From contig NC_042999.1 in NCBI RefSeq assembly GCF_006345805.1, positions 32,240,001-32,304,000 on the forward strand: a DNA stretch of 64,000 nucleotides, in the 5' to 3' direction. Both the position numbers and the translations under genes were made by a program. The notes beneath the pieces were generated by a model that made no database searches, had not been told where the DNA came from, and worked only from the letters and a program-made list of their open reading frames with translations. The stretch's first letter is position 1; every line of letters begins with the position of its first letter. Of the stretch, positions 27,975 to 41,500 are shown piece by piece. This DNA comes from Octopus sinensis. Taxonomy: Eukaryota.

Positions 27975-28790
27975 CGTACTCTTATTTCTGTAGTATCTTT
28001 GCTTTTCGATGCATTTGTCACTGCGCTCCAGAAGCCTTCTTATTCCTTCGGAGAAGAATGTTTCCGGGTAGTCGTGCAACCGTTTACACACCGCTTCCTG
28101 CGCTCCTTCATCCGTAGCTAATCGACAACAAAGTAAAGTATGTATGAGTGGCCCGAAGTGACGCCACTTGAATAGGAGTAATGCGGGATATATATGTTCC
28201 AACAAGTCAAATCCCAATTTTTCAATGATTTTTAACGGTGTAGGCGTTTGTATGTGAGCGTATATTTTCATCGAAAAATAACACCTGCTTTCACAACAGA
28301 ATTCGGCGTGGTGCGAATCGCTATTATCCCTTTTTTAGCCATCATTTCACTGTAGCATATACTGGTTAATCTAGACCCCATTTCAAGGTGATGTTCTTGT
28401 ATATGACAATGTTCGTACCCTAAATCGGTGATCATCAATATCCTTGTGGTTGGTGGAGACATATTTCTTTATTTGCAGGCGATTCCGTGTATCTCCACTG
28501 CACACTGCTCTTCAGTTTCTGGCTGAATGTAATGGATCAAAGTGCCATATCCTGTGACTTTTCACTGCAAACACGCTTCGCATTTATCGCAATAGCACCC
28601 AAGTAATCATTCACAGTCCACTGGTGGATTGCGCATAGGCACCCCAGTAAGCTCCATTAGTATCCAGCTCACAGGTTTTACTGATGTTTTCGTATGCAGA
28701 AGTATTAATAATTTACACAGAACATGCATCTTTGCCCATCGGTTTGCCTCAGTCATTACTCGAGCCTGTTGAATATATCTAAATAGTAAT
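27975..28790 (-). mobile_element. mariner transposase pseudogene
   Basis: decayed VTG.ETW/IHY.QPET, YSEM..K..AIR, FGPL, RLATDEGAQEAVCKRLHDYPETFFSEGIRRLLERSDKCIEKQ (typical mariner C-terminus). Confidence 0.85.
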
Positions 28791-30276
28791 AGAGGCGAGA
28801 AAATGCTCTATTGGTACATGCACAAATTATTAGATATATAGGAAGTATGATTGTAACATGCAACAGTTCTCCAACCATGTTTCCAACTAGGAAGTTGGAA
28901 GAGATACTGACTTAAGAAACTGAACTTGTGTAAACTATTATTTCGTGTGCTGTAAAACAAATCTTCAAAAGCAGCAATCCACAGAAATAGTATATAAAGT
29001 TTGATTTCTCACAATGCTAGTCGTGATATTAAAAAGCCAGTTTCAAAACATTATACTATAGGAAATAAATAATAATATTCGGAATTATTTTTCCTTTAAT
29101 TTTTCCAATTACTTGTGATTCTTTCTTAAAAATTTTCAATGAATTATAGCCTTTCTTTAATGGCCAAAATATTAGTTCGCGACTGTCGATTTATGCAAAA
29201 ATAAACTCTGACATTCTGAGAGGAATGTTCTATTGACTATCAACGCCGCTGCAGCTTAGATAATACTTTATTGTCCTGGTTGTGAATTGAAATGGTGTTT
29301 CAAATAGGAAAGAAGAAAAAACCCAGAAACATTTTTGACCGACAAACCCAAGCGATTGGTCGAGTCGGTTGCCTATAAGAATTGGTGCACAATGACTTAT
29401 ATCTACATGTTGACATGTCATTTTGCAGGGAGGTTTAGGAACCCTTTGAGGAAACGTACTCAGCAACGTCATCTGAATCGGAATATTAGTTAAAATAGGG
29501 TAATAGTTTGTACAACAGTGCCCTACGCAAAATTCGCACAGCATTATTAAAGATATTACAAAATATTAGAATTGGAAGCGGTAGCATCAACATTAGTAAC
29601 TCTTCCATATTTGTGACTCTAATTGTAAGGAGTGGCACGTTTTAAAATATGTTATATGCGCATCAAGTTACAGACAATCATTTAAAAATCTAATTTTCCA
29701 TAAGATGATGTGCTCTTAGCTTCATTATAGATTTGAAGTGAAGATATGATGTTGTGCAAATGTGCCCTTGACCATGAATGCTTATTATATTTTATTATAT
29801 ACAAGCGATCTTTATATTCTTATGTGTAAATGTCGACCAAACGTATTTTCCATTTCATTTGCGTCTTCTATCTACTAATTCATTTCCTTTAAGCTCTTCG
29901 TTTCATAAAATTACTCTTTCACTGTACATTTCTGTTTGTTTCCATCTATTTCTATGAAAGGTTTCGTGAATGCATAAGGTCACTGACCTTTTATGATGAT
30001 TCTACCGACAAGTTGTACTGCCATCTTTAGAAAGTTTAATGTACTGAATGTGAATCGTATTAGGTCGTCTTTAAATACAAAACAAATAAGACCGCAGCTT
30101 ACTAATTGTGCCCGATACTCTGAAAATGTCAACCAACTCTACATGATCTGACATTGTGTCACCATAAAAATAGAAGGAGACATTCGATTGCATCTATATC
30201 TACACATACATACACACATACACACATATACACACAAACACACATACATATACACATATATGTATATATGCATATG

Positions 30277-30310
<34 letters not shown>

Positions 30311-30952
30311 TGTATGTATGTATGTATGTATATACGCATGTATATATGTATGCGCGTGTGTGTCTGCTTTTGTGTCTGTGCGTGTGTGCGAATGCTTGTG
30401 TGAATATGTGCATAACTTTCGTAACCTCAACTACAACCGTAGCATTAATTCTCCCATTAAGGAATGTTCTAAATTATGTTCAGTGGTTTTAAGACATCCA
30501 GTCTATAACATATTATTATTAACTATAAATCGATGCAAGTATGTAAAATTATTCCCAACAAAAAACATTTGAATGCTCTTTATAAACACCAACATAGTAA
30601 TGTAATTTGGTGTGCAGGTATGATGCAATGTAAGTCTTACTTGAGTAAAGCATTGATTTGTATATTTGTTAGTGTATTATTACAAGGTTTTACAGTCGGT
30701 TGCCTTGCATATGTCTGGTCATGGAAGATCAATCAGATTTTGCTATTCATTGTTCAAATGCGTTCATGGAACAGTGAAGGGAAAAGTCTAAATATACGCT
30801 AGAAGGCTTTTAAATAAACATGTTGATCTGAAGAAAAGATTTCTATTATATTAATCGTCTCTATTGCTTAACGAAAATGTTCATTGTCTTCAACATGTTT
30901 CTCCTAGCGAAGAGATAATATGTAATGTTATTTATTATTTTATTATTTTCAT

Positions 30953-31135
30953 AAGGCAGCGGGCTGGCAGAATCATTAGCCCACGAAATGCTTGACGGCG
31001 TTTCGTGCTTCTTTACGTTCTGAATTCAAGTTTTTCCGAGATAACTTTGCCCATCTTCTTTTCAGTTTCGATAAAATAAATATTAGCCGAGTTCTTGGGC
31101 CGATGTAATCGACTAGTTCCATTCAACAACATTTT
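30953..31135 (+). mobile_element. degenerate tRNA-derived SINE (family A)
   Basis: ggcagcgggctggcagaatcattagc..gaaatgctt..tttacgttctgaattcaa..gataaaataaa. Confidence 0.7.
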
Positions 31136-31619
31136 AGGTCTATTGTCTATAGGGTGATTTTCTTATGATAGAAAAAGAAATTAAATTGCACTTTGTCATG
31201 CACAGATCTGGAAGAATTCAGTTGTATAACCGATCATTTTCTACCACCGGAAGAGGCTCTTCGGAAGACTCTATCCATAACATGTATCTGTTCAGTGAAT
31301 TTAGACTTACGTCAAACTTGAAACAAGAAAGAGAATCAAAATCAGCGTCATTCAAAGAAAGCATTTAAATAAAGTTGGTTGTATTATTTTGTTTCCAGTA
31401 AATTGCAGATGAGTATATTTTTTTCAGGCTAGATTATAATCGACAGGATGTTTTGTTATTTCACCATTGCTCATTCACCTCAGAACAACTTCTATTCGAA
31501 GGCAAATTGATCATTTAGTGATTAATTCTGCCTTCGAACATACCCTAATTTCGGTATATCCTATCCATTATGTTTCCTTTGTTAAGGAACATTGTGTAGG
31601 GAGATGATGATGATTTGAT

Positions 31620-32260
31620 AATAACTTAGATAACTTAGACAGGTTTTGGCTAGTATATGTCCAGGCTATGTCTAACTTAATAGCACCACCTGGTCAAGTC
31701 TTTTACTCATATATGGAACACCATGGCTAATCTAGGAATTAGCTATTATTGTTGGAGACATATCCCGGTATAGAAGGTTGGCCCAGGATTTTTTGAATTT
31801 CATGGTATCTGTTTTAGTTTTGATATATAATGGTATAGTATTAAAGAGAGCTGGACCGGTTGAGATAAATTAGTTGTGTCGTAATGTTATGTATCTTGCG
31901 TTCGAATTTTATAGTAGGCGGAAACCACGGGGGCCTAGTCTTGGGCGGATTCTCAAACTGATGCCAACATCATTTGTGCAATATTGATGGAATACTTTCT
32001 ACATCACACAAATGATGTAGCGCTCACGACGGCGTTGGAGAGAGTAGAGATTGCGTTCTTTTAGTCGAGCCCAATAGATAATGTCTGTCATGCCGTCTGT
32101 GTTTATTGTTATTGACCTCTGGAACGCTTCCAATTTCATAATGGGTTGCATCGTGAGGGAAGACAACAGCGGGAAAAGGCATTCAAGGTAGAGTAGAAAA
32201 GGATTGTGGTGTTAACACTTTTAGACCAGGGAGTTCGCAGTTATGACTATTAAATCGAGT
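31620..32260 (-). mobile_element. CR1/L2-type LINE RT 3' remnant
   Basis: KLEAFQRSIT..TDGM..IIYWARLKERNLYSLQRRRERYII..(stop)K...PRLGPR. Confidence 0.75.
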
Positions 32261-33806
32261 GACACACATTCATCATTTTCATAAATTTTGTAGTTAATGT
32301 CAATTGCCTCTAACCTTAATTATCTGTTTTTTCTTAAGCTTTCGACTGTGTTTTAAAATACTTTTTAACACATCAAGCTATTTTAGAACTATTTTAAACA
32401 TGTTCTTATGTAAACCAAAAATAGTCGTAAAGAATAATCCATATTATGAAGGTTACAGAGTCATATATAATGTCGCCACGTAGTTCGTTGAAGATAAAAA
32501 CATGCTTAGATGCAGATTTAGATATTACATTTTCTTGTTCTATATCTTTCTGTTCTGACATTTCAAATAAGCAGCATGCAAGTTTTTCTACGTAAGACAT
32601 CCATTGCTTGCAGGAGCCATTTAGTGAAACATTTGCTGATTTTTCACTATGAGCTATACTGCATTAAGTGTTAATATTATTGAACAATATATTTTTTCAT
32701 CATATTTCATACGTTAGATTGGATTAGTTCATAGTTAAAACTACAACTGTTTAAAACTGAAACACGCTTGCTAAATAACTTTGCATTGATTCTACAACCT
32801 CTGTAACAGAATTTAAATAGTATTGTAACGTAAAGATTTTAGAGAACGTTAAGAAATCATTAAGTGAATATAAGCATGTAATAATCATGCAATAACTTTA
32901 GTGTTAGAACCATCTGAAAACGTTAACGAAGCTCAGCGGTATTTTTGGTTTAGAAGAATCTTAAAAATGATTTTTGCATTATTTCTTTACTGTGTTGACC
33001 TGAGTTCGACCCATCTCATTAAATTCGCCAAACGGTACAACGTAAAGTAATAATATATCACGCCATTTCTTTATTATTGCCCCAACTGAGTAAAATAGCT
33101 TCTGGTAAAGTAGCACAATACATTACATATGATATTGATTCATATCACTTGTATATGCCAACAAAACTGTGGAAGGATGACAACTGATTAAAGTGCCTCG
33201 CTATATTACTCTTATAGAATATACTTGATGGGATTTGAAAACGGATGTGGAAGGGAGGTAACAAAATAATGGAACAAATTTTGTATGAAATACAGCAAGT
33301 AATACCTGACTATTTACTTACCAGCGAAATAGTTAAAGAGCGTGGATAAAGTTACTTGAGAGCAGTAAGTAAACACAGTATTTACATTTAACGAGTTCTG
33401 TGAAATCCTACTAGTTATGCAATATAAAACGTATAAATTATAGCATAATATACAATTTATATAGTTGTTGCTTCAATTATTCGCCTCTCTTCTGAAGTAA
33501 AAGTTAATTTCATCCTCTTAAAATATATTGTTATCTCATAAGGCTTTGATTCACCATATATATATATATGTGAGTTGAATTATGCAAACACTATATATGA
33601 GAGAGATTTTCTTTAAGTATTAGAAATAGCCTTAAAAAAGTTTTTTAGCTGCTATTTCTAATGAGTTCAGTATGCGGCAAAGTAATTTATTTTACTAAGC
33701 CCTTTTATATAATGTAATAATTTGAATTCGCCTTGAATGGTCCCTTTGCATACTGAATACTTGGTGAAATTGATTAATAATTAATTAATTTTGCCCTCAA
33801 TTGTTG

Positions 33807-33845
<39 letters not shown>

Positions 33846-33850
<5 letters not shown>

Positions 33851-34394
33851 CTATGCTGTCAGTTTGTAGATTATGAGGAATATTGATTCAAGCTTGACGG
33901 ATTTTCCCGTTAAAATATCCGAGAATGATATAAACAGAACAATTAGTGTTTTGCTCCATTTCTTACATGTAAACATTAATCGAGAAAACTAAAAAAAAAT
34001 CAATATTTGTTGATAAGTAAGGTATGGGATATTAGTTAGTCACCCACAAATCTCAATGTGGCTGAATTTAAAGAAACTTCAACTTATGTTTGATCAGCTC
34101 ACATAATGATATATATATATATATATATATGTTGTCTATGCTGTCAGTTTGTAGATTATGAGGAATATTGATTCAAGCTTGACGGATTTTCCCGTTAAAA
34201 TATCCGAGAATGATATAAACAGAACAATTAGTGTTTTGCTCCATTTCTTACATGTAAACATTAATCGAGAAAACTAAAAAAAAATCAATATTTGTTGATA
34301 AGTAAGGTATGGGATATTAGTTAGTCACCCACAAATCTCAATGTGGCTGAATTTAAAGAAACTTCAACTTATGTTTGATCAGCTCACATAATGA
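33846..34394. repeat. apparently identical 264-bp tandem duplication (period 285) bounded and separated by (TA)n
   Basis: 33846-34109 equals 34131-34394 by eye. Confidence 0.9.
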
Positions 34395-34395
34395 C

Positions 34396-34441
<46 letters not shown>

Positions 34442-34474
34442 AATATTTTTCTAGTTTGATGATTACCTGCTAGC

Positions 34475-34510
<36 letters not shown>

Positions 34511-36171
34511 TTGCTGCTACGTCTAACACGTTTAATGATGACGTGTAAGCCCAGTTGAATGACGGTAATGCATGTAGCTATATTGCATATAATAATCGCA
34601 GTGCGGCTTGATTCATTCTTTCATTCTTGGTAGTATACGACATCACTTCTAGGTACTAATTTCCTTGGTAATGACATCCGAAAGCATGAGAATGTTAATG
34701 TGGAGAGTTGTCCGCCTAACAACATATACTATATAATAGTGAAATATTTCCTCTATAACAGTACTTTTGAAACAAAATACGACAGAATACCATGGGAATT
34801 AGTATTGGAAATATTCATGTTGAAATACGAATGACCTGCGGCCAAACAAAGAAGAGAATACAAAATTGTATTTCTATACTGGAATGAATATGTAGAAACA
34901 ATCAAACCAGATCAATATATATCATTTTATAGTAATGTACTGTAGAGGAGTGACATAGATAGAGATTGCGTATTGATATTTTTATTTTATTTCCAAGGAG
35001 TAGACTCGAATACACAAAAGTTAATGGTTTAGAAAGAAGTTTACACATAACATATTTAGATATTATCAACCGGATTCTCATTGAAGAAAATATCAGTGTA
35101 TTAAGTCATCATTATATCGCAACGCTAACTATAGACTCCATTTTGCTCTTCATCACAAAAAATGTATAAAAACGATAATTTGTTGATCGTAATAGCAAAA
35201 GAAATAAAATGCAGACATTCATAATAGAAAGAACTCACTAAATAACTGTCTTCAAGTTGTTATTACTATTACTTAATTGTAAATTGCCTTCTTTAGTTAT
35301 TTTTAAGCACTCGTAAATAGGAATTATAGCAATAAAAGCTATATGACTGTGTATGAAGTTACAAATCATGTGAATAAGCACATAGCAGAATAATGTAGCG
35401 CTTACAAATGATGTGTATTAAGACTGCATATTTTACTGAGATCAGGATTGACAGGAAATTTCTAATGCTTTTCGGTGAGTTTTGTTGCTGAAAAATAAAA
35501 TATTACTTCTCAAAAGTTTCAAAGTGAAATTGACAGAAGTAAAGATAGCAGTATTAATGCCTTTTTAAGCACTGGTATGGGAATTACGTATACCTGAAAT
35601 AATGATGTGAGCTAAAAGATGTATGGGTTTAATGGATGGTCTGGTCGTTGTAATGTAGATTTGGCTATGTGTACATGCTAGAATAAATTCTCAGCGATCT
35701 TGCAGAAATTTAACTAAAGTTCGAGTACATTGAATGCAAGCGTTGTGATAGAGCATTGTCTGAAAATTTCGAGGGCTCCCAAATATTCATTGAACAGAAC
35801 ATATCACTTTACTGAAAATATCTTAGTAACATTATTCCATTTCTGCAATGTTTCATTTTTTTTGTATTATTTTCTAGCATTGAGTGAAACTAAAGAAGAA
35901 CTCTTTTGTTTGCTAATTTTGAGATGTTGAAATGCTAATGTATAAATAGGAATTACAACCCACAAATATTCAAAGATTATTTTAATTATATTTCAAATTT
36001 GGAACAGAATATTGAGTTTACCCTTTATTGCATTCACTTAGATAACACGATTTATCAGAAATCGCGGCTTGAAGCTGGAAGTACCTATAATATTCATCTG
36101 GTTCATAGAGTAATTGAAGAAATGAAAGATTTTGTGAAATTTTCCAACTCAAAAGGATAGGAAGATATAGT

Positions 36172-37230
36172 ATGATTTAAATTCTATGGCAAACAAAATG
36201 ATAAGCTTGAAGACTACTAGGTACTGTGAACACATTCATTGAAGATATCGAGATGGAATTTAGTCTAGATATCTGTTCCAAGGTCACCTTCCAGGAAGTG
36301 ATATTGAGGACCTCAAATTCAGTTGGGTTAGATGCTAACACATTTATAAAAAAAACAACTTGAGCAGAAATAGACATAAATACCTAGGAATATATGAAGA
36401 CTCTGGAATTCTGCATGCTAGCATCTAAGAGAAGATAAAGAAGGAATTCGACAGGCCAATTAACTTGAAGCAACAAACAATTGGATAATAAAATCTGGAA
36501 ATCATGGAATGCGTAAGAAGATACATTCTGGCATTAATGAGAGCAAAATATTTGCTATTGATTTCATACATGATACCCAAGCTGAACAACTTGATGGAGG
36601 AGCAAATTATTTGCTATTCATTTCAAGCATGATATCCAAGGTGAACAGCCTAATGGAAGATCGGCAACTGCTTTTGCAAAGAATGTGAAATAAATGGCAT
36701 GGAAACAGAGGCATGAAAAATTGTCTGTAGGTAGGAGCAGAAATTTCTGCTTTGGTAATAAGTGGCCTGTAGCAAACAAGTTTACGTTGAGCAGAAGCAC
36801 ACTAATATATGGCTTCGAAGCTGAGGGATACAAACAGAGACTCAAGGCCTAATTATAAGCAGCTCTAGATCAAACCATATTGATCCGGAACTACCAAATC
36901 ATTGTGAGGGAAAATGAAATAGATACAAAATGCCGATATTGCAATGATAATATTGAAACAGTGGGCTACGTAATCTCTGGGTGTAAAGGTTTAGCACCAA
37001 TGCTGTATAAATCAAGTCATGGAAGAGTTGGCTAGCACCTATGGTTAATATGTCGACACTATAAAAATCAAAATGCGATTTGCTTCAATAAGTGAACACT
37101 GCTGCATTCATTTTAATGGCCTATCAATATATTGAGGGTCCATTAAAATATGTTGCTACCATTTCTTGCGTGTGTCGGGAACACACAGCAACAAATGGAA
37201 ACGAAACTGATAATAATAATAATAATAATG

Positions 37231-37298
<68 letters not shown>

Positions 37299-37860
37299 GA
37301 AATGCTCCTTATGTTGATAGACCCACCTTAAAGGGGAAAGGATCGCCTTATCTATGACTGGCAGGCCGCTAATATACGGTTGGTTCTGATGACTGCACAC
37401 CACGTTACTTTTTATGCGTTTAATGCAAATAAAACGTATTATCCCACATGAAACTGGTTGTCCGAATAAAGACCCTAGCATGACAATTATCGAGTTATGC
37501 AGCAGGATGGGTCTGTTTCTTATCTAAATTCTCTTCCAAAGATATGAAAACGATGTTCCCAAAACAAACATTGCGCTGTAGTGATATACTATTTCAGAAT
37601 CGAGCCTACCTAAACAGGTTATATGAAAAAGAAGCATAAAGTGATAATTGGCTCCCTTCATACAATACCCGAATTTCTATCTAAGGGGTTAAAGATATTA
37701 GAATTAAAAATTCGCATCCTGGTTCAACAGTAAAATGCAATCCTGTATGCTGCAAGAATCCTAAGGAGGATTCTTGCTATTTGGGGAAACGTGTTGCAGT
37801 CAAATCTCAAGACAGCATCCCTGCTAAATAAGATATCATGCTGGTATTATAATAGTAATA
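36172..37860 (+). mobile_element. R4/Dong-type LINE remnant (RT end, CCHC knuckle, REL end), interrupted at ~37140-37400 by an (AAT)n-containing segment
   Basis: KFYGK..DKLEELLGTV..F.EDIEMEFSLD.C, KYLGIYE, KCRYC....ETVGYVISGCKGLA, VIIGSL..., A.ARILRRIL. Confidence 0.8.
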
Positions 37861-38510
37861 ATTCTTTCTAATTTTAACACAAAGCCAGCAATTCTGAGAG
37901 GATGGGGCATGTCGACTAAATAGATTCCATAATTATATATTATTTTATCTCCCTCTACCCTTGAATGAAATGCGAAGAAATATGAGATCGGCGAGAATTG
38001 GATAGAACACATGAATACCCGACAAATATCCCCACTAGCATTTCATCCCACACACTAAAAATGTTGTTTCCGTTTTTGGCAGATAGCTAGTAACATTGGT
38101 TTGAAAATTTGGCACAAGGAAGGTGGTTAAAGCGGTTCTATTGACGCCACAGATCTACTGATCTTTTTTGTATTGATCCTGAAACATGATAGTGAAATTC
38201 GACCTCAGCGGAGATAGCTGTTGATGTTGAAAACCGGTGGATAGTCAATAACCTCAACCATATCACATGACAAATAACGTAATCTATCGGCACCGAGAGA
38301 CAAACAAGTTGCCGCCATCACTCCCTATTAGAGTTGTTATTCAACTCTATAATCCAGTGAAATGAGGCGAATTTTCAAGGAAACTATACGTTCTGCAGAT
38401 GATTATACAAAGTACCTCTTTAAAAATGGCCTATTTTCTCCTCTTTTTAATTTAGTGTTTTAACGGTAGATACGTATGGTAGTTAATTGAGAATTGATTT
38501 ACCGTTTAAG

Positions 38511-38564
38511 ACGTTAGAAAACAAAGGTGTTGCTGCAATTGAATTATCACCGCCTGCATTGACG
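38511..38564 (+). CDS. candidate 54-nt internal exon (TLENKGVAAIELSPPALT), unknown gene
   Basis: tttaag acceptor, ACG|gtatgt donor, only one open frame; no homology recognised. Confidence 0.25.
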
Positions 38565-41500
38565 GTATGTGCTATCTATAATATAATGCAACGTACCATT
38601 CTTTACAGAGAATACTCTGACGATTATATGGCCATATCTTTGTATTACTTTAGCAATTTATCGGATACTTGTCTAAAGATTTTCATTTATGTAGAATATG
38701 AATATTAATTAGAAATGCAGGTTATTGTGTTTTGATGTAACATGAATACACAAGGTTTGATAGAGGAAATATGTGGGATGTTCAAATATATTTTATTCAC
38801 TGTTTGCATATTTTCTTAAAGAAATATATGTTCAAGTCTATTTTGAGCTTGAATCAGTGTTGACAACATTTAAAAGACTGAACTTTCAAAATCGATTTCA
38901 CTCCTTTTTCTAAAATCCGTTTGTGACTCTGGAATCATTTTTCCCTGAATGATATTGTGTTTACTGCATGAAAGATCGGGTGTTGGAAACTAGTTCTACT
39001 AATTACGATTAAAATGGATATCTACCAAATTAAAATAATTAAATTTGAGTGAGATGTATATGTTTGTTTACCGTAACGTCTACTGAGACTATATTGAAAA
39101 CAAGATATCTGACGACGAGTACGTATTCACACAGCAGATTTTTAGCAATTTCTTTAAGCGCCATACAATATATCCATTGCTCTGTCTTCGTCAATTTTAT
39201 CCTGTCTCTCATGTTCCTTCGTTCTTATTCTCTTTCCACTCTTTTCATCCATCTCAGTTAATAAGAAAATATATAAAACAACATTTCACTTAATGTTCTT
39301 TCTATCCATGTGTACATTTTCCCTAGAAAATCTAAGCAATTTTATTTCGTCCTTGATACAACACAATTACTTCCAATGTGTTAACGTTTATAACTTATTT
39401 TATTAAATACATCAAATGTTTCATTGCTATATGTTCGATAAATTTATCTAAATTATTCCTAAGCTTATTCATATATTCTCAACACAAATACACTATTCAG
39501 ATTGTAAAAATAAAGAAAAGGTAGTATTAATAATTTCGATATTTATATATCCAATGTTCATAAAGCTTACGAATTTGTGATGTTAGTGGAAACGAGTCAT
39601 CCAATATGACGTGTAAGAATTTAGTCGCAACAGTTTGAAATATTATCTTACACCGTTTTATCACTATTACTTTGCAAATTGTACATAATGGCGTTTGCGG
39701 CAGTCCACTTAGCACTGGCTCTACAAATAAATCTTCAAATTGTCCGTCTTGTTAAACTAGACCTTGGCGTCGATAATCATTATTGTATTCATATCTAGAG
39801 TTTTATAATAATATGTTTTGTATAAGCACAGGCAGGGAGAATATTTCTTTTTTTTTTTAATCATTGTTCCTGTTGCATAAGTAGAGTGATATATGCACAG
39901 AGGCGTGCGCGTGCACACACACTCAAATATAATTACATATGTATATGTGAGTGTGTGTATATCCATGAATGTGTGTGTGTATGTGTGTATACATTCCAAA
40001 TATAATAGATACTTTGATATTCATGTATAATTCTAAGTGAGTGAAATAAATATAACGACGAAGTAGTTTACTAAGCAATTATATATATTTTCTCTTCATA
40101 AAGTACGATTATTTATTACCTGTCCTCTTTCTAATATATCTTACTGTCTGTTCTTTGTATGCTACTATAATCGCAGAACTATCCAGTAGGTAAACTGTTA
40201 GTATATATGTTGGAATGAAACACCTACCTTACTTAAATATTCGTTTCGTGGAAGAGCATGAACTGTGAGTGTGAGACTGAAGTTCAAATACAGTTTATTA
40301 AAATACCAATAACATATGTCCAAAGAACTATAGTGAAACCTGTATTGTTCTAGGTTATCACGCAAAACTAAAACCATTTTGTCCGTTGACAATACAAATG
40401 TTAGTTAAGAATTACAAAAATTCTCTAAAACGTAAGCGTATCGATCTCGAGATGACTGACCCAATGCTTTCGTTTACTTGATGCACGCAATATATCTAAT
40501 ACATGATATATATATATATATATAATTTTATACTGAAGCATCACTTCACTTAAAACTTATGATGTATCATGTTCCTATCCAATACATGAGGCTTATGTGA
40601 CTTCTCGATATTTAATATCAATCAAGCGTAAATCACGATAACTTTTAGGTAAGCATCAAATAACTCTTCAACTATACTATAATATTTATGACGATGCTTT
40701 GAAATAATTTATTCCCAAACCCAAGAATAAAATGTGATTCTTTGAATACCCGTTTGTCGATAGAGAATTTAACAACTCAACTCGAAGGGACCTTATATGG
40801 TTTTCAGTTGTCGAATACTGCTGACAGATGTTACAATACACCAGCATATATACATATAGAGGATTGATTTTACCACCCTACCAAACCACTAAATGGACAT
40901 GCTTTGGTATCATCTTAGAGTCGAGTAAATATTAAAACGGTTTTAAATTGCCAATATTGTGTACCAGATAATAAGACGATACTTACCAAACAATCGCACT
41001 ATTTCGCGATCAGTATACGGAATGTGCTTATATTTAATTGTATTACTAATATCTAATTGTAATAACAGCTGAGTTAAACATCAGTAAGTTCAGATAATAC
41101 TTTATACTATAAGAGCAAGGCTTAAAGTTTTATTGGGAAGATGGTTAGTAGAATACATCGATTCTAGTGCCTAACTTGTACCTATATCATCAACCCGATA
41201 AGATGAAGGGCACAACCTAAAAATACGTGACATGCAGCTCACCATTCTGTCAACTACACACCTGCTGTAATATAAAATGAAATTACAAAACATTCTATCG
41301 AATTTGAGTTTCAACAAATATATATGTCTACTGTTATGGCTAAATAAAATACACCGATCGACACACACACACACACAGAGACACGCGCACTTGTGAGTAT
41401 GTGTGTGAGTGTGTGAGCAATAATTGTAAAGAATGGTTACATCCTGAATTCAACTAATGGTACCGTTACATGAATAAAATCTATTAGCTGTGAAATCAAA

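Noticed and set aside
29308-29493. 61-codon open frame after an AG (ERRKNPETFL...LNRNIS*)
   Set aside because: Weak acceptor, overlapping antisense ORF, length expected by chance
32406-32658. ~84-codon minus-strand open frame from an acceptor
   Set aside because: No motif; frames of this length are expected by chance across six frames of 64 kb
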